Source of the DNA: an uncultured Pelagibacteraceae bacterium
GTDB lineage: Bacteria; Pseudomonadota; Alphaproteobacteria; Pelagibacterales; Pelagibacteraceae
NCBI GenBank assembly: GCA_902624315.1
Contig: CACNXC010000006.1
Location: 143-64,142, forward strand
Length of the DNA stretch: 64,000 nt
Direction of reading: 5' to 3'
In this document: positions 50,672 to 61,068 of the stretch, piece by piece
Position numbering within the stretch: position 1 is the first letter of the stretch
How the letters are laid out: every line of letters starts with the position of its first letter
The notes under the pieces: generated by a model
What the model was told of the DNA's origin: nothing
Database searches by the model: none
What the model saw: only the letters and a program-made list of their open reading frames with translations
Translations under genes and position numbers: made by a program

Positions 50672-50722
50672 CTTTATGTATATTATAATGGTTTAAAATC
50701 AAGTATTAAGGTGATCTATTTT

Positions 50723-51223
50723 ATGAAAAAAAACTCCTATTCTTATGAAGAACTTATAAGTTGCGGAAACGGAGGTCTTTTTGGTCCTGGAAATGCAAAA
50801 TTACCGCTTCCACCAATGTTAATGTTTGATAGAATTACAGAAATTAATGACAAGGATGGTGCTTTTAAAAAAGGCTCTTTAAAGGCTGAATTAGATATAA
50901 AGAAAGACCTTTGGTTTTTTGATTGTCATTTCAAAGAAGATCCTGTGATGCCAGGATGTCTTGGACTTGATGCTATGTGGCAACTTGTGGGATTTTATTT
51001 GGGCTGGATTGGAAATCCAGGGAAGGGCAGAGCCTTGGGTGTTGGTACAGTAAAATTTACAGGAGAAGTTTTGCAAAATGTTAAATTAGTCAGATATGAA
51101 ATCGATATGAAAAAAATTATGTCTCCTGGTGGTACAACGGTCGGTTTGGCTAATGGGATATTATTCGCAGATGAAAAAAAAATATATTCAGCAGACAATT
51201 TAAAAGTAGGGTTATTTAAATAA
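50723..51223 (+). CDS. fabA: 3-hydroxydecanoyl-ACP dehydratase/isomerase
   Basis: The start is set at ATG 50723, preceded by AAGGTGA. The protein reads [12 protein letters not shown] ... [31 protein letters not shown]. The track's upstream extension overlaps irr. Confidence 0.93.
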   Translation: MKKNSYSYEELISCGNGGLFGPGNAKLPLPPMLMFDRITEINDKDGAFKKGSLKAELDIKKDLWFFDCHFKEDPVMPGCLGLDAMWQLVGFYLGWIGNPGKGRALGVGTVKFTGEVLQNVKLVRYEIDMKKIMSPGGTTVGLANGILFADEKKIYSADNLKVGLFK

Positions 51224-52434
51224 TGAGAAGAGTTGTAATAACTGGTTTAGGAGTAGTTTCTTGTTTAGGAAATAACCAAGAAGAAGTTCATCAATCTTTA
51301 TTAAATTCAAAGTCAGGAATCTCATTTGCTGAGGAATATAAAGAGCATAATTTAAAAAGTCATGTGCATGGCAAGCCAAACATCAAACTTGAAGATCATA
51401 TAGATAGAAAAACAATTAGATTTATGGGTTCAGGCTCAGCTTATAACTATATTGCGATGAAAGAGGCAATCAAAGACTCGGGTTTAGAAGAAAAAGAAAT
51501 AAGCAACTTTAGTACTGGTATAGTCATGGGATCTGGAGGGCCTTCAATTGAAAATGTGATTTTAGCAGCAGATAAAACAAGAGCAAAAACCCCAAAATTA
51601 ATGGGTCCTTTTATAGTTCCAAGAACAATGGCAAGTACTGCGTCTGCTACTTTGGCAGTTCCATTTAAAATCAAAGGGACTAATTATACAATGAGTTCTG
51701 CATGCGCAACTAGTGGTCACTGCATTGGAAATTCAATGGAACTAATTCAAATGGGTAAACAGGATATTGTTTTTGCTGGTGGCAGTGAAGAAATACATTG
51801 GGCAATGACAGCTATGTTTGATGCCATGACTGCTCTATCGTCGAAATATAATGATACACCTCAATCAGCATCAAGAGCGTATGACAAAACTAGAGATGGT
51901 TTTGTAATAGCTGGTGGAGCGGGTGTGTTAGTTTTAGAAGAATATGAGCATGCAAAAGCTAGAGGTGCCAAAATATATGCTGAATTGACAGGTTATGGTG
52001 CCACCTCAGATGGATATGACATGGTAGCTCCATCTGGAGAAGGAGCTGTCAGATGTATGAAAATGGCAATGGCTACCACTAAAAACAAAATTGATTATAT
52101 TAATACTCATGGAACTTCTACACCAGTAGGTGACATAACTGAACTAAAAGCTATTAAGGAAACTTTTGGAGAAGAAATTCCAAAAATAAGTTCAACAAAA
52201 TCTTTATCGGGTCACCCTTTAGGTGCTGCATCAGTTCATGAGGCTATATACTGTTTAATTATGATGAAAAATAATTTTATTGCTGGGTCAGCAAATATTT
52301 CTGAAATGGACGATGATGCTAAAAAATTTCCAATAGTTTCAAAAACTGAAACTAATTCTACTTTAAACACAGTAATGTCTAATAGTTTTGGTTTTGGTGG
52401 AACAAACGCTGCTTTAATTTTTGAAAAAATATAA
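51223..52434 (+). CDS. fabB: 3-oxoacyl-ACP synthase I
   Basis: 403 aa with the KAS active site [12 protein letters not shown] and the HGTSTP and GHPLGAAS motifs. It overlaps fabA by 1 nt. Confidence 0.93.
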   Translation: MRRVVITGLGVVSCLGNNQEEVHQSLLNSKSGISFAEEYKEHNLKSHVHGKPNIKLEDHIDRKTIRFMGSGSAYNYIAMKEAIKDSGLEEKEISNFSTGIVMGSGGPSIENVILAADKTRAKTPKLMGPFIVPRTMASTASATLAVPFKIKGTNYTMSSACATSGHCIGNSMELIQMGKQDIVFAGGSEEIHWAMTAMFDAMTALSSKYNDTPQSASRAYDKTRDGFVIAGGAGVLVLEEYEHAKARGAKIYAELTGYGATSDGYDMVAPSGEGAVRCMKMAMATTKNKIDYINTHGTSTPVGDITELKAIKETFGEEIPKISSTKSLSGHPLGAASVHEAIYCLIMMKNNFIAGSANISEMDDDAKKFPIVSKTETNSTLNTVMSNSFGFGGTNAALIFEKI

Positions 52435-52436
52435 TT

Positions 52437-53222
52437 ATGAGTTTAATGAAAGGTAAAAAAGGATTGATAATGGGTGTTGCAAATGAGAGATCTATCGCTT
52501 GGGGTATTTCTCAAAAACTATCTGAAGCAGGAGCTGATCTAGCATTTACGTATTTAGGAGATGCTTTAAAAAAAAGAGTAGTTCCCTTGGCAGAAAAATT
52601 AAACTCAAATATAACTTTTAGTTGTGATGTTGAAAAAAAAGAGGACGTAATAAGATTATTTAAGGATATAAAATCAAAATGGAGTGAAATAGATTTTGTA
52701 GTTCACGCAGTTGCTTTTTCAGATAAATCAGAACTATCAGGTGAGTATTTAAATACCACTAGAGAAAATTTTTTAAGAAGTATGTTAATATCGTGTTTCT
52801 CTTTTACTGAAGTTGCAAAAGAAGCATCTAATGTAATGAAAAAAGGTGGTAGTATGCTTACTTTAACTTACGAGTCGACCAAAGCTATTCCAAATTATAA
52901 TGTAATGGGTGTTTGTAAATCAGCTTTAGAGGCTAGTGTAAAATACCTTGCTAGAGACCTGGGTAGTAAAGGTATAAGAGTAAATGCTATAAGTGCTGGG
53001 CCTATTAAAACTTTGGCGGCTTCAGCTATAGGAGATGCAAAATTCTTATATAAATGGAATGAAGATCATTCTTTCCTTAAAAGAAATGTAGATATCCATG
53101 ACGTTGGAAATTCAGCATTATATCTATTAAGTGATCTTGCAAACGGTGTCACTGGTGAAATTCACTACGTAGATGCCGGATATAATAAAGTTGGAATGCC
53201 GGATCCTAAAAACATCACTTAA
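52437..53222 (+). CDS. fabI: Enoyl-ACP reductase (NADH)
   Basis: 261 aa with GKKGLIMGVANERSIAWGI and the YNVMGVCKSALE catalytic Y/K region. Confidence 0.93.
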   Translation: MSLMKGKKGLIMGVANERSIAWGISQKLSEAGADLAFTYLGDALKKRVVPLAEKLNSNITFSCDVEKKEDVIRLFKDIKSKWSEIDFVVHAVAFSDKSELSGEYLNTTRENFLRSMLISCFSFTEVAKEASNVMKKGGSMLTLTYESTKAIPNYNVMGVCKSALEASVKYLARDLGSKGIRVNAISAGPIKTLAASAIGDAKFLYKWNEDHSFLKRNVDIHDVGNSALYLLSDLANGVTGEIHYVDAGYNKVGMPDPKNIT

Positions 53223-53225
53223 CAA

Positions 53226-53256
53226 GCAGGGGCGTTCTGTTACTAAGTACCCCTAA
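53226..53256. terminator. Possible hairpin between convergent fabI and pnp
   Basis: AGGGG (53228-53232) pairs with CCCCT (53250-53254), a G/C-rich stem that is conspicuous in AT-rich DNA. There is no clear U-tract and the loop is long. Confidence 0.3.
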
Positions 53257-53258
53257 AT

Positions 53259-55331
53259 TTATTCAGCAACTTGTTTCATCGAAAGTTTTACTTTTCCTCT
53301 ATCGAAACCAATAACTTTAACTTTTACTTCGTCACCTTCTTTTACCACATCGGTAACTTTAGCTACTCTTTTATCTGCAAGTTCTGAAATATGAACAAGT
53401 CCATCCTGTTTTCCTAAAAAATTTACAAATGCACCAAATTCCATAATCTTCATAACTTTACCTGAATAAATTTTATTGAGTTCAGCTTTGGCGGTGATGT
53501 CTTTAATCATTTGCATAGCAATGTTTCTAGACTCTTCATCCGGAGCTGCAACTGTTACGACTCCCTCGTCATTTACATCGACTTTAGCACCTGATTTTTC
53601 AACAATCTCCCTGATTGTTGCACCACCTTTTCCAATAACAGCAGCAATGTCTTTCTTATCAACATTAATTTTTTCCATTTTTGGAGTATGTTTTCCAACA
53701 TCAGATCTTGATGCTGATAGTGCTTTATTCATTTCTCCTAAAATATGAACTCTCCCATCTTTAGCTTGGCTTAATGCTTGCTCCATAATTTCAAAAGTAA
53801 TACCGGTAATTTTGATATCCATTTGTAGTGAAGTAATTCCTTCTTTAGTTCCAGCAACTTTAAAGTCCATATCGCCTAAATGATCTTCATCACCTAAAAT
53901 ATCTGATAGCACGCTAAAATCCTCACCCTCTTTAATTAGACCCATTGCTATACCTGCAACAGGTTCTTTTATTGGCACTCCCGCATCCATTAATGCAAGT
54001 GAAGTTCCACAAACAGTAGCCATTGATGATGAACCGTTAGATTCTGTTATCTCTGATACTACTCTAAAAGTATAAGGAAATGTCTCTTTTGAAGGTAATG
54101 AAGAGTGAATTGCTCTCCATGCTAATTTACCATGACCTATCTCTCTTCTACCAGTTCCAATTCTACCTGTCTCACCAACAGAAAAAGGTGGGAAATTATA
54201 ATGAAGCATAAACCTTTCTCTTTGCAATCCATCTAAGCTCTCAATTCTCTGTTCATCATCAGATGTGCCTAGTGTCGCTGTCACAATTGCTTGCGTTTCT
54301 CCTCTGGTAAATAAAGCAGAGCCATGTGTTCTAGGTAAAATACCAACCTCACATGAAATCGGCCTAACATCAGATAAACCTCTACCGTCAATTCTATTTT
54401 TATTTTTTAAAATGTCAGTTCTGACAATTGTTTTTTCAAGATTTTTTAGTTCAGAATTTACATCAAGATCATTATAGTTTTCATCTTCCTCATAAAGTTT
54501 TTTAGCTTTCTCAGTAATTTCTGAAATTTGATTTGATCTGTCTTGTTTGTCTATTGTAGCAAAAGCTTTTTTAAGGTCTTCTGTAAAATTTTCCTCAAGT
54601 TTTTTCTTTACCCCAGTCAAATCTTTCTTTTCAACAGTCCATTCAGGTTTTCTGCATTCTTTAGCCAGTTCCTCTATCATTTTAATTACCGGAACAAAAC
54701 CCTCATGACCAAATTTTACTGCATTTAACATTTCTTCCTCTGTTAACCCACTTGCTTCAGACTCAACCATAAGCACAGCATCTTTTGTACCAGCAACAAC
54801 TAAATCTAATTTTGATTTTTCAAGTTCAGTTTTTGACGGATTCAAAACATATTTACCATCAATATATCCGACTCTAGAAGCTCCGACAGGACCCATGAAT
54901 GGCATACCTGATATAGCTAAAGCTGCAGAGGATGCAATAATTGATAAAATATCTGCCTCATTTTCTTTATCATAAGAAATTACAGTTGGTAACAACTGAA
55001 CTTCATTTTTAAATTCATCAGGAAACAATGGTCTGATCGGTCTATCAATTAATCTTGAGATTAATGTTTCACTTTCGGTTGGTCTTGCCTCTCTTTTAAA
55101 ATATCCACCAGGAATTTTTCCTGCTGCATAATATTTTTCCTGGTAATTTACAGATAATGGAAAATAATCCACGTCTGGATTCACTTTTTTTGCTCCAACC
55201 ACTGTTGCTAGAACGACTGTCTCCCCACATGTTGCGATAATTGCTCCGTCTGCCTGTCTTGCCACTTTACCTGTTTCTAAACTTATCTTCTTACCTGCTA
55301 CTTCAACTTCCTTCTTGTATACTTTAAACAT
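53259..55331 (-). CDS. pnp: Polyribonucleotide nucleotidyltransferase (PNPase)
   Basis: 690 aa with two RNase PH domains, KH ([11 protein letters not shown]) and S1 ([13 protein letters not shown]) domains. Confidence 0.96.
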   Translation of the reverse strand: MFKVYKKEVEVAGKKISLETGKVARQADGAIIATCGETVVLATVVGAKKVNPDVDYFPLSVNYQEKYYAAGKIPGGYFKREARPTESETLISRLIDRPIRPLFPDEFKNEVQLLPTVISYDKENEADILSIIASSAALAISGMPFMGPVGASRVGYIDGKYVLNPSKTELEKSKLDLVVAGTKDAVLMVESEASGLTEEEMLNAVKFGHEGFVPVIKMIEELAKECRKPEWTVEKKDLTGVKKKLEENFTEDLKKAFATIDKQDRSNQISEITEKAKKLYEEDENYNDLDVNSELKNLEKTIVRTDILKNKNRIDGRGLSDVRPISCEVGILPRTHGSALFTRGETQAIVTATLGTSDDEQRIESLDGLQRERFMLHYNFPPFSVGETGRIGTGRREIGHGKLAWRAIHSSLPSKETFPYTFRVVSEITESNGSSSMATVCGTSLALMDAGVPIKEPVAGIAMGLIKEGEDFSVLSDILGDEDHLGDMDFKVAGTKEGITSLQMDIKITGITFEIMEQALSQAKDGRVHILGEMNKALSASRSDVGKHTPKMEKINVDKKDIAAVIGKGGATIREIVEKSGAKVDVNDEGVVTVAAPDEESRNIAMQMIKDITAKAELNKIYSGKVMKIMEFGAFVNFLGKQDGLVHISELADKRVAKVTDVVKEGDEVKVKVIGFDRGKVKLSMKQVAE

Positions 55332-55368
55332 TTCATTTCCATTTCATTTCGTTCGTTTCGTTCCGTTC
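55329..55368. repeat. Short tandem (A)AA[C/U]G repeats forming the pnp leader
   Basis: The minus strand reads GAACG GAACG AAACG AACG AAATG AAATG GAAATG AAATG. The last ATG is the pnp start, and three out-of-frame ATGs precede it. Confidence 0.7.
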
Positions 55369-55383
55369 TATCTATCTTGATTT

Positions 55384-55632
55384 TTATTTTCTCAAATTCA
55401 ATTTCGACAGGACATTCTTGTAAGAGTCTACCTTATTTCTTTTAAGATAATCTAACAATTTTTTTCTTCTATTGACCGCTCTCAATAATCCAACAGATGA
55501 ATGTTTATCTTTTTTGAATTGTTTAATATGTCTTGAAAGCGTTTCAATTTTTTCTGTTAACAAAGCAATTTGGATTTCTGAGGATCCAGTGTCTTTTTCA
55601 TGCATTGCTAACTCTTGAGCTTTTTTATTCAT
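55384..55632 (-). CDS. rpsO: 30S ribosomal protein S15
   Basis: 82 aa (GSSEIQIALLTEKIETLSRHIKQFKKDKHSSVGLLRAVNRRKKLLDYLK). Confidence 0.93.
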   Translation of the reverse strand: MNKKAQELAMHEKDTGSSEIQIALLTEKIETLSRHIKQFKKDKHSSVGLLRAVNRRKKLLDYLKRNKVDSYKNVLSKLNLRK

Positions 55633-55643
55633 ACTCCTTTTTC

Positions 55644-56012
55644 CTATTTATTTGTTTGTTTAATTAAATTCTCTATTTTTTCAGCATACTCAAAAGACTC
55701 ATCTTTTCTGAAAAGTAGTTTTGGTAAAAATTTCATCACTACTTTTTGAGATAAAATTTTTCTAATTAGAAATGAATATTCCTTCAAAATATTAACAGTT
55801 TCTTCAGCATTTTTTCCTCCGAGAGGTAGCACATATGCTTTGGCTATTTTTAAATCTTGACTCATTCTCACTTCAGTAACTGTTATTGTGTTTGTTTCTA
55901 ATTTTGGAAGTTTAGCCTCATTTCTTATAAAAATCATGCTTAAAGATTGTTTAATCATTTCACCCACTCTTAACTGTCTTTGTGAAATTGGCTTTCCTAT
56001 TCTATCTGCCAT
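55644..56012 (-). CDS. rbfA: Ribosome-binding factor A
   Basis: 122 aa with an RbfA KH-like pattern (RVGEMIKQSLSMIF ... ITVTEVRMSQDLKIAKAYV). It overlaps infB by 1 nt. Confidence 0.88.
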   Translation of the reverse strand: MADRIGKPISQRQLRVGEMIKQSLSMIFIRNEAKLPKLETNTITVTEVRMSQDLKIAKAYVLPLGGKNAEETVNILKEYSFLIRKILSQKVVMKFLPKLLFRKDESFEYAEKIENLIKQTNK

Positions 56013-58234
56013 TATATTGTCCTCTCTTTAGATGTAACACTAAAAGCTTCTATTGTATCGTTTTTTTTAAAATCCATAAAATCTTTGAGTGCAATTCCAC
56101 ATTCTTGACCATTGTTTACCTGTTTTACTTGATTTTTTTCTCTGAATAAACTTCCAACTTTTCCAGTAAAAACAATTGAACCATCTCTGATCACTCTCAC
56201 ATCTGAATTACTATTAATCTCTCCATCAGTTACTTTAGAACCAGCAACTTTACCAGCTCCTGAAACTTTGAAAATTTCTAAAATTTGCGCGGTCCCAACC
56301 ACTTTTTCTTCTACATCGGGAGTTAATAATCCAGACATTCTTTTTTTAACAAAATCTAGAACTTCGTAAATTATATTGTATGATGAAATATCTATTTTTT
56401 CATTTTCGGCAAGTTTTTTAGCTTCCTTACTTGGCTTTACATTAAACGCTATCAAAACTGCATTTGAAGCTTTTGCCAAAGTCACATCGGTCTCCGTAAC
56501 CATTCCAATATCTGCTAAAATTATTTTTGGTTTTACCTCATCATGCTTAATTTGACTTACAGCATTTTTTATTGCCTCTGAAGACCCATGAACATCAGAC
56601 TTAATTATAAGATTTAATTCTTCAGTGGACTTATTAGAAAAAGCAGACTCTTGAGTTGCGAATGTCAAAGGATTTTTACCATCTTTGCTCTCTTGAGCTC
56701 TATTTTCACTTAAAGTTTTAGCCTCTTTCTCGTTATCTAAAACAATAAAATCATCTCCAGCTCTTGCAGCACCATTTATTCCAAGTATTTCTACTGGAGA
56801 AGATGGCAAAGCTTCATGAATATTTTTCCCCTTATCGGTAATAATAGCTCTGATTTTTCCCCATTTAAGACCACTAACAAAAAAATCTCCTTTTTTTAAA
56901 GTTCCTGTAGTTACAATTATTGTTGCAACTGGTCCTCTTCCAATGTCAATTTTTGATTCTAAAACAACTCCTGTAGCTTTTGACTCAAAATCAGTTTTAA
57001 GATCTAAAATTTCAGCTTGAAGAATAATTGCATCAATTAGTTTATCTAAATTTAATTTTGTTTTTGCTGATATTTCTACCATCAAAGTGTCTCCTGATAA
57101 ATCCTCAGCTATTAATTCATGTTCAAGTAGTTGATTTTTAATTTTTTGAGGATCAGCCTCAGGTAAATCACATTTATTAATTGCTACAACTATCGGTACA
57201 TTTGCAGCCTTTGCGTGTTTTATTGACTCAATGGTTTGAGGTTTAACACCATCATCAGCTGCAACAACTAGTACAACAATGTCTGTAAGCTTCGATCCTC
57301 TTGCTCTCATTTCAGTAAAAGCTGCATGACCTGGTGTATCAATAAATGTTAATTTATTAGACTGATGGTCTATTTGATAAGCGCCAATATGTTGGGTTAT
57401 GCCACCAAACTCTCCTGATACCACATTTGCACTCCTCAAAACATCTAGAACTGAAGTTTTACCATGATCCACATGACCCATAACTGTGATTATTGGTGGT
57501 CTATTCTTTAGATTTTCAGTCCTTGAAGCTTTAATTTTTTTGATTATCTCCTCTGCTTTTTCCTCTCGAATAGGGTTATGACCGAATTCTTTAACTAAAT
57601 ATTCTGCAGTATCAGCTGCTAGATTTTGGTTTATTGTTACTGTAACTCCCATCCCAAACATATGTTTAATTATATTACTTGATTGTTCTGCCATTCTATT
57701 CGCAAGTTCTCTAACAGTGATTACCTCTGGGATATTTATATCTCTTTTAACGGGCTTTAAATTTTCTTGAACTTCATCTTTGGTTAAACTTCTATTTTCT
57801 TTTTGTCTTGCCCTTTTAACAGAAGCTAAACTTCGTTCTCTAGCTTCAATTTGATCACTCAAAGCTCTAGAAACTGTTAATTTTAACTCCCTTTTTTTTG
57901 TATTAGATTTTACCGATTTTCTATTGTTATTTTCATTTTCTTCTTTAAGTCTTTTGGTGGCTCTTTGCTCAGCTAATTTACGTCTTTCAAAATCACTTGT
58001 TAGAGGCGTTGATTTAGGGATAAAATTCGGTTTACCAAAAGTCCCTTTTTTGCTTGTAAAATTATTTTTGATCTTTGACGGGTTTGACTTAAATGAACCA
58101 CCTCTAGAAGTAAATTTACCAGTTTGTTTTTCGATTATTACAGAATTCTTTCCAAGATTTTTTGCTTTATCTATATTTTTGATAGACTTTTTGGCTATGC
58201 CACCTGATATTGTTAATTTTGTTTTTTTTTCCAT
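56012..58234 (-). CDS. infB: Translation initiation factor IF-2
   Basis: 740 aa with a basic N-terminal region, a GTPase domain (VMGHVDHGKTSVLD, DTPGH, NKCD) and C-terminal domains. Confidence 0.96.
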   Translation of the reverse strand: MEKKTKLTISGGIAKKSIKNIDKAKNLGKNSVIIEKQTGKFTSRGGSFKSNPSKIKNNFTSKKGTFGKPNFIPKSTPLTSDFERRKLAEQRATKRLKEENENNNRKSVKSNTKKRELKLTVSRALSDQIEARERSLASVKRARQKENRSLTKDEVQENLKPVKRDINIPEVITVRELANRMAEQSSNIIKHMFGMGVTVTINQNLAADTAEYLVKEFGHNPIREEKAEEIIKKIKASRTENLKNRPPIITVMGHVDHGKTSVLDVLRSANVVSGEFGGITQHIGAYQIDHQSNKLTFIDTPGHAAFTEMRARGSKLTDIVVLVVAADDGVKPQTIESIKHAKAANVPIVVAINKCDLPEADPQKIKNQLLEHELIAEDLSGDTLMVEISAKTKLNLDKLIDAIILQAEILDLKTDFESKATGVVLESKIDIGRGPVATIIVTTGTLKKGDFFVSGLKWGKIRAIITDKGKNIHEALPSSPVEILGINGAARAGDDFIVLDNEKEAKTLSENRAQESKDGKNPLTFATQESAFSNKSTEELNLIIKSDVHGSSEAIKNAVSQIKHDEVKPKIILADIGMVTETDVTLAKASNAVLIAFNVKPSKEAKKLAENEKIDISSYNIIYEVLDFVKKRMSGLLTPDVEEKVVGTAQILEIFKVSGAGKVAGSKVTDGEINSNSDVRVIRDGSIVFTGKVGSLFREKNQVKQVNNGQECGIALKDFMDFKKNDTIEAFSVTSKERTI

Positions 58235-58244
58235 AGCTCATCTC

Positions 58245-59798
58245 TCAATCTTCATAAACAATTTTTCTTGCGGACATAATAAGTTCATCTGCTTCTTCTT
58301 TTGATAAAGCAAAATCTTCCAAGTAACCTTGAATTTTTACTCTTTCACCTTTTACTACATCATATCCACCGGTTAGCTCATCTGATGCTAGATCAGCAAA
58401 ATCTTGTAGTGTAAGGATTTTTTGAACACCTAGAGTGACCAACATTCCGGGAGTTAACCCCTTTAAATTAATTAGTCCATCGTCCAAACCTAATTCTTTA
58501 ATCCTTTCAGAAATATCTTCTTGATCTTTTTGATGAAACTCTTTTGCTCTCTCTATAAGAGCTTTTGCAGTCTCTTCTTCAATACCTTCAATTTTTAATA
58601 AATTTTCTGCCGAACTATCTTTTATATCGTCAATAGTGGAATAACCCTCAGCCACAAGAAGTTGTCCAAGTGTTTCATCTAGTTCTAAATTCTTAACAAA
58701 ATTTTCTGTTTTCTCCTTAAACTCTAATTGTCTTCTTTCTGAATCCTCTGCATCTGTCATAATATTTATTTCAAAGTTCAATAATTTTGTAGCAAGCCTA
58801 ACATTTTGTCCTCTTCTCCCGATAGCTTTACTTAAATTTTCCTCAGTAAGAATCACATCTAATTTTTTTCTTTCTAAATCTACATTTACTCTTTGCACTT
58901 CAGCTGGGGATAAAGCATTAGATACTAATATTGCAGGATCCTCAGACCAATTTACGATATCAATTTTTTCACCCTGTAATTCATTCACAACTGCTTGAAC
59001 TCTCGATCCTCTCATTCCTACACATGCTCCAACTGGGTCTAATGATGTATCTACTGCTTTGACACAAATTTTTGCTCTACTTCCTGGATCTCTAGAAGAT
59101 GATTTAATTTCAATCAGACCATCATAAATTTCAGGAACTTCTTGGACGAAAAGTTTTTCCATAAACTTTGGGTGAGCTCTTGATAAAAAAATTTGTTGAC
59201 CACGAGGCTCTCGTCTTACATCAAAACAGTAAGCTTTAATTCTATCTCCAGCTTTAATGTTCTCTCTTGGTATAATTTCATTTTTTTGAATTATCGCTTC
59301 TGTTCTTCCAAGATCTACGATTACATTTCCAAACTCTAATCTTTTCACTATTCCACTTAATATCGAGTCTTTTTTATCGATAAAATCATTGAATTGTCTT
59401 TCTCGCTCTGCCTCTCTAACGTTAAAATTAATTACTTGTTTAGCTGTTTGGGCAGCTATTCTTCCAAAATCAAATGAGGGAAGTGGTTGTAAAACCTCAT
59501 CTCCAATCACTTTGTCTTTATTAATCTCATTCAATGTAATTGCATCCTCTAATTTGATCTCAGTGTTTGTATTTTCTGGATTTTCTGTAACTATCAATTT
59601 TCTAAAAATTTCGATATCGCCATTATCTCTATTAATCATTACCTTAATCTCATTATCCTGGCCAAATTTAGATTTCGCTGCTTTAGCAATTCCAGTTTCC
59701 ATTGAACTAATTATAAGTTCTTTATCAATTGATTTTTCTAAAGCTACTGCTTCTGCGATTCTTAATAGTTCAAGTTTGTCTGCTCTTTTATTCAACAT
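58245..59798 (-). CDS. nusA: Transcription termination/antitermination factor NusA
   Basis: The start is set at ATG 59798, preceded by GGAG. The protein reads MLNKRADKLELLRIAEAVALEKSI and has S1, KH1/KH2 and C-terminal HhH repeats. The track's 13-aa extension translates the upstream terminator hairpin. Confidence 0.94.
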   Translation of the reverse strand: MLNKRADKLELLRIAEAVALEKSIDKELIISSMETGIAKAAKSKFGQDNEIKVMINRDNGDIEIFRKLIVTENPENTNTEIKLEDAITLNEINKDKVIGDEVLQPLPSFDFGRIAAQTAKQVINFNVREAERERQFNDFIDKKDSILSGIVKRLEFGNVIVDLGRTEAIIQKNEIIPRENIKAGDRIKAYCFDVRREPRGQQIFLSRAHPKFMEKLFVQEVPEIYDGLIEIKSSSRDPGSRAKICVKAVDTSLDPVGACVGMRGSRVQAVVNELQGEKIDIVNWSEDPAILVSNALSPAEVQRVNVDLERKKLDVILTEENLSKAIGRRGQNVRLATKLLNFEINIMTDAEDSERRQLEFKEKTENFVKNLELDETLGQLLVAEGYSTIDDIKDSSAENLLKIEGIEEETAKALIERAKEFHQKDQEDISERIKELGLDDGLINLKGLTPGMLVTLGVQKILTLQDFADLASDELTGGYDVVKGERVKIQGYLEDFALSKEEADELIMSARKIVYED

Positions 59799-59813
59799 AA
59801 TTTTGTTTACTCC

Positions 59814-59840
59814 AAAAAAAAATGGGCCAAAGCCCATTTT
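59814..59840 (-). terminator. Rho-independent terminator after metK, immediately upstream of the nusA RBS
   Basis: A perfect hairpin ATGGGC-CAAA-GCCCAT (59822-59837) is flanked by A9 on the plus strand, which is a U9 tail on the minus strand. Confidence 0.75.
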
Positions 59841-59897
59841 GATAATTCAACAATGTAAGAGAATTTATAAAAGTTTTTTTTTGTTTTTCAATAAAAA

Positions 59898-61067
59898 CTA
59901 TTTTAAGAAAATGTCAGATTTATTGGTATTTTCCCAAGAAAAAGCACCTTCTTTATCTGGCTCTCTTCCAAAATGCCCATATGCAGATGTTTTTTCATAA
60001 ATAGGTTTATTAAGCCCTAACATCTCTCTTATTCCTCTTGGGCTAAGATCAAAACTTTCTTTAATCTTATCTGCAACAAATTTATTTTTATCTAAATCAT
60101 TATCAAAAAGATTCACATAAATAGATAAAGGTTTTGAAACACCAATTGCATAAGCCAATTGAATCAAACATTTGTCAGCAATTTTCGATGCAACAACATT
60201 TTTGGCGATATATCTGGCTGCATAAGCCGCAGACCTGTCAACTTTAGTTGGGTCTTTTCCGGAAAAAGCTCCTCCTCCATGTGGGGCAGCACCGCCATAA
60301 GTATCTACAATAATCTTTCTACCTGTCAGGCCACAATCTCCATCAGGACCTCCTATTACAAAATTTCCAGTTGGATTTACATAAAATTCATCTTCATTAA
60401 AACCCTCCAAAAAATTTTTTGGTATAGAATTTATTAAATATGGTCTCAATAATTCTCTAACCTGTTCTTGGTTAACTTTTGTAGTATGCTGAGATGAAAT
60501 TACAACTGATTTAACTTTTGAAGGTTTACCATTTTCATATTCAAAAGTTACCTGGCTTTTAGAGTCTGGTTCTATGTTTTTTAATTTACCTGATTTTCTA
60601 TCCTCTGCCATTAACCTTAAAATTTTGTGAGAAAAATGAATTGGTGCTGGCATTAAAACATCAGTTTCATTACAGGCATAACCAAACATAATACCTTGAT
60701 CTCCTGCTCCCTCATCTTTATTTCCTGAAGAGTCTACACCCATAGCAATGTCACTTGATTGAGAATGAAGATGACTTTCTATTTTTGTAGCCTCTTTCCA
60801 GGTAAAACCATCTTGATCATATCCAATATCTTTAATGCATTCCCTGACCTTATTGATTAAATCATCTTTTTTAATTTCTGGTCCTCTGACCTCACCGGCT
60901 AATACAACTTTATTTGTAGTTGTGAGAGTTTCACATGCGACTCTCGAATATGGATCGTTAGATAAATAAGTGTCTACCACCATGTCAGATATCCTATCCG
61001 ACACTTTATCTGGATGTCCCTCTGAAACAGACTCACTTGTAAAAAGAAAATTTTTTAAATTACTCAT
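59898..61067 (-). CDS. metK: S-adenosylmethionine synthase
   Basis: 389 aa with [30 protein letters not shown] and [16 protein letters not shown]. Confidence 0.96.
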   Translation of the reverse strand: MSNLKNFLFTSESVSEGHPDKVSDRISDMVVDTYLSNDPYSRVACETLTTTNKVVLAGEVRGPEIKKDDLINKVRECIKDIGYDQDGFTWKEATKIESHLHSQSSDIAMGVDSSGNKDEGAGDQGIMFGYACNETDVLMPAPIHFSHKILRLMAEDRKSGKLKNIEPDSKSQVTFEYENGKPSKVKSVVISSQHTTKVNQEQVRELLRPYLINSIPKNFLEGFNEDEFYVNPTGNFVIGGPDGDCGLTGRKIIVDTYGGAAPHGGGAFSGKDPTKVDRSAAYAARYIAKNVVASKIADKCLIQLAYAIGVSKPLSIYVNLFDNDLDKNKFVADKIKESFDLSPRGIREMLGLNKPIYEKTSAYGHFGREPDKEGAFSWENTNKSDIFLK

Positions 61068-61068
61068 T

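Noticed and set aside
59389-60000. 203-aa plus-strand ORF spanning the nusA 5' region, the spacer and the metK 3' end
   Set aside because: It is antisense to two well-supported genes and runs through a terminator hairpin. Its Ser/Leu/Ile-rich composition is typical of shadow frames.
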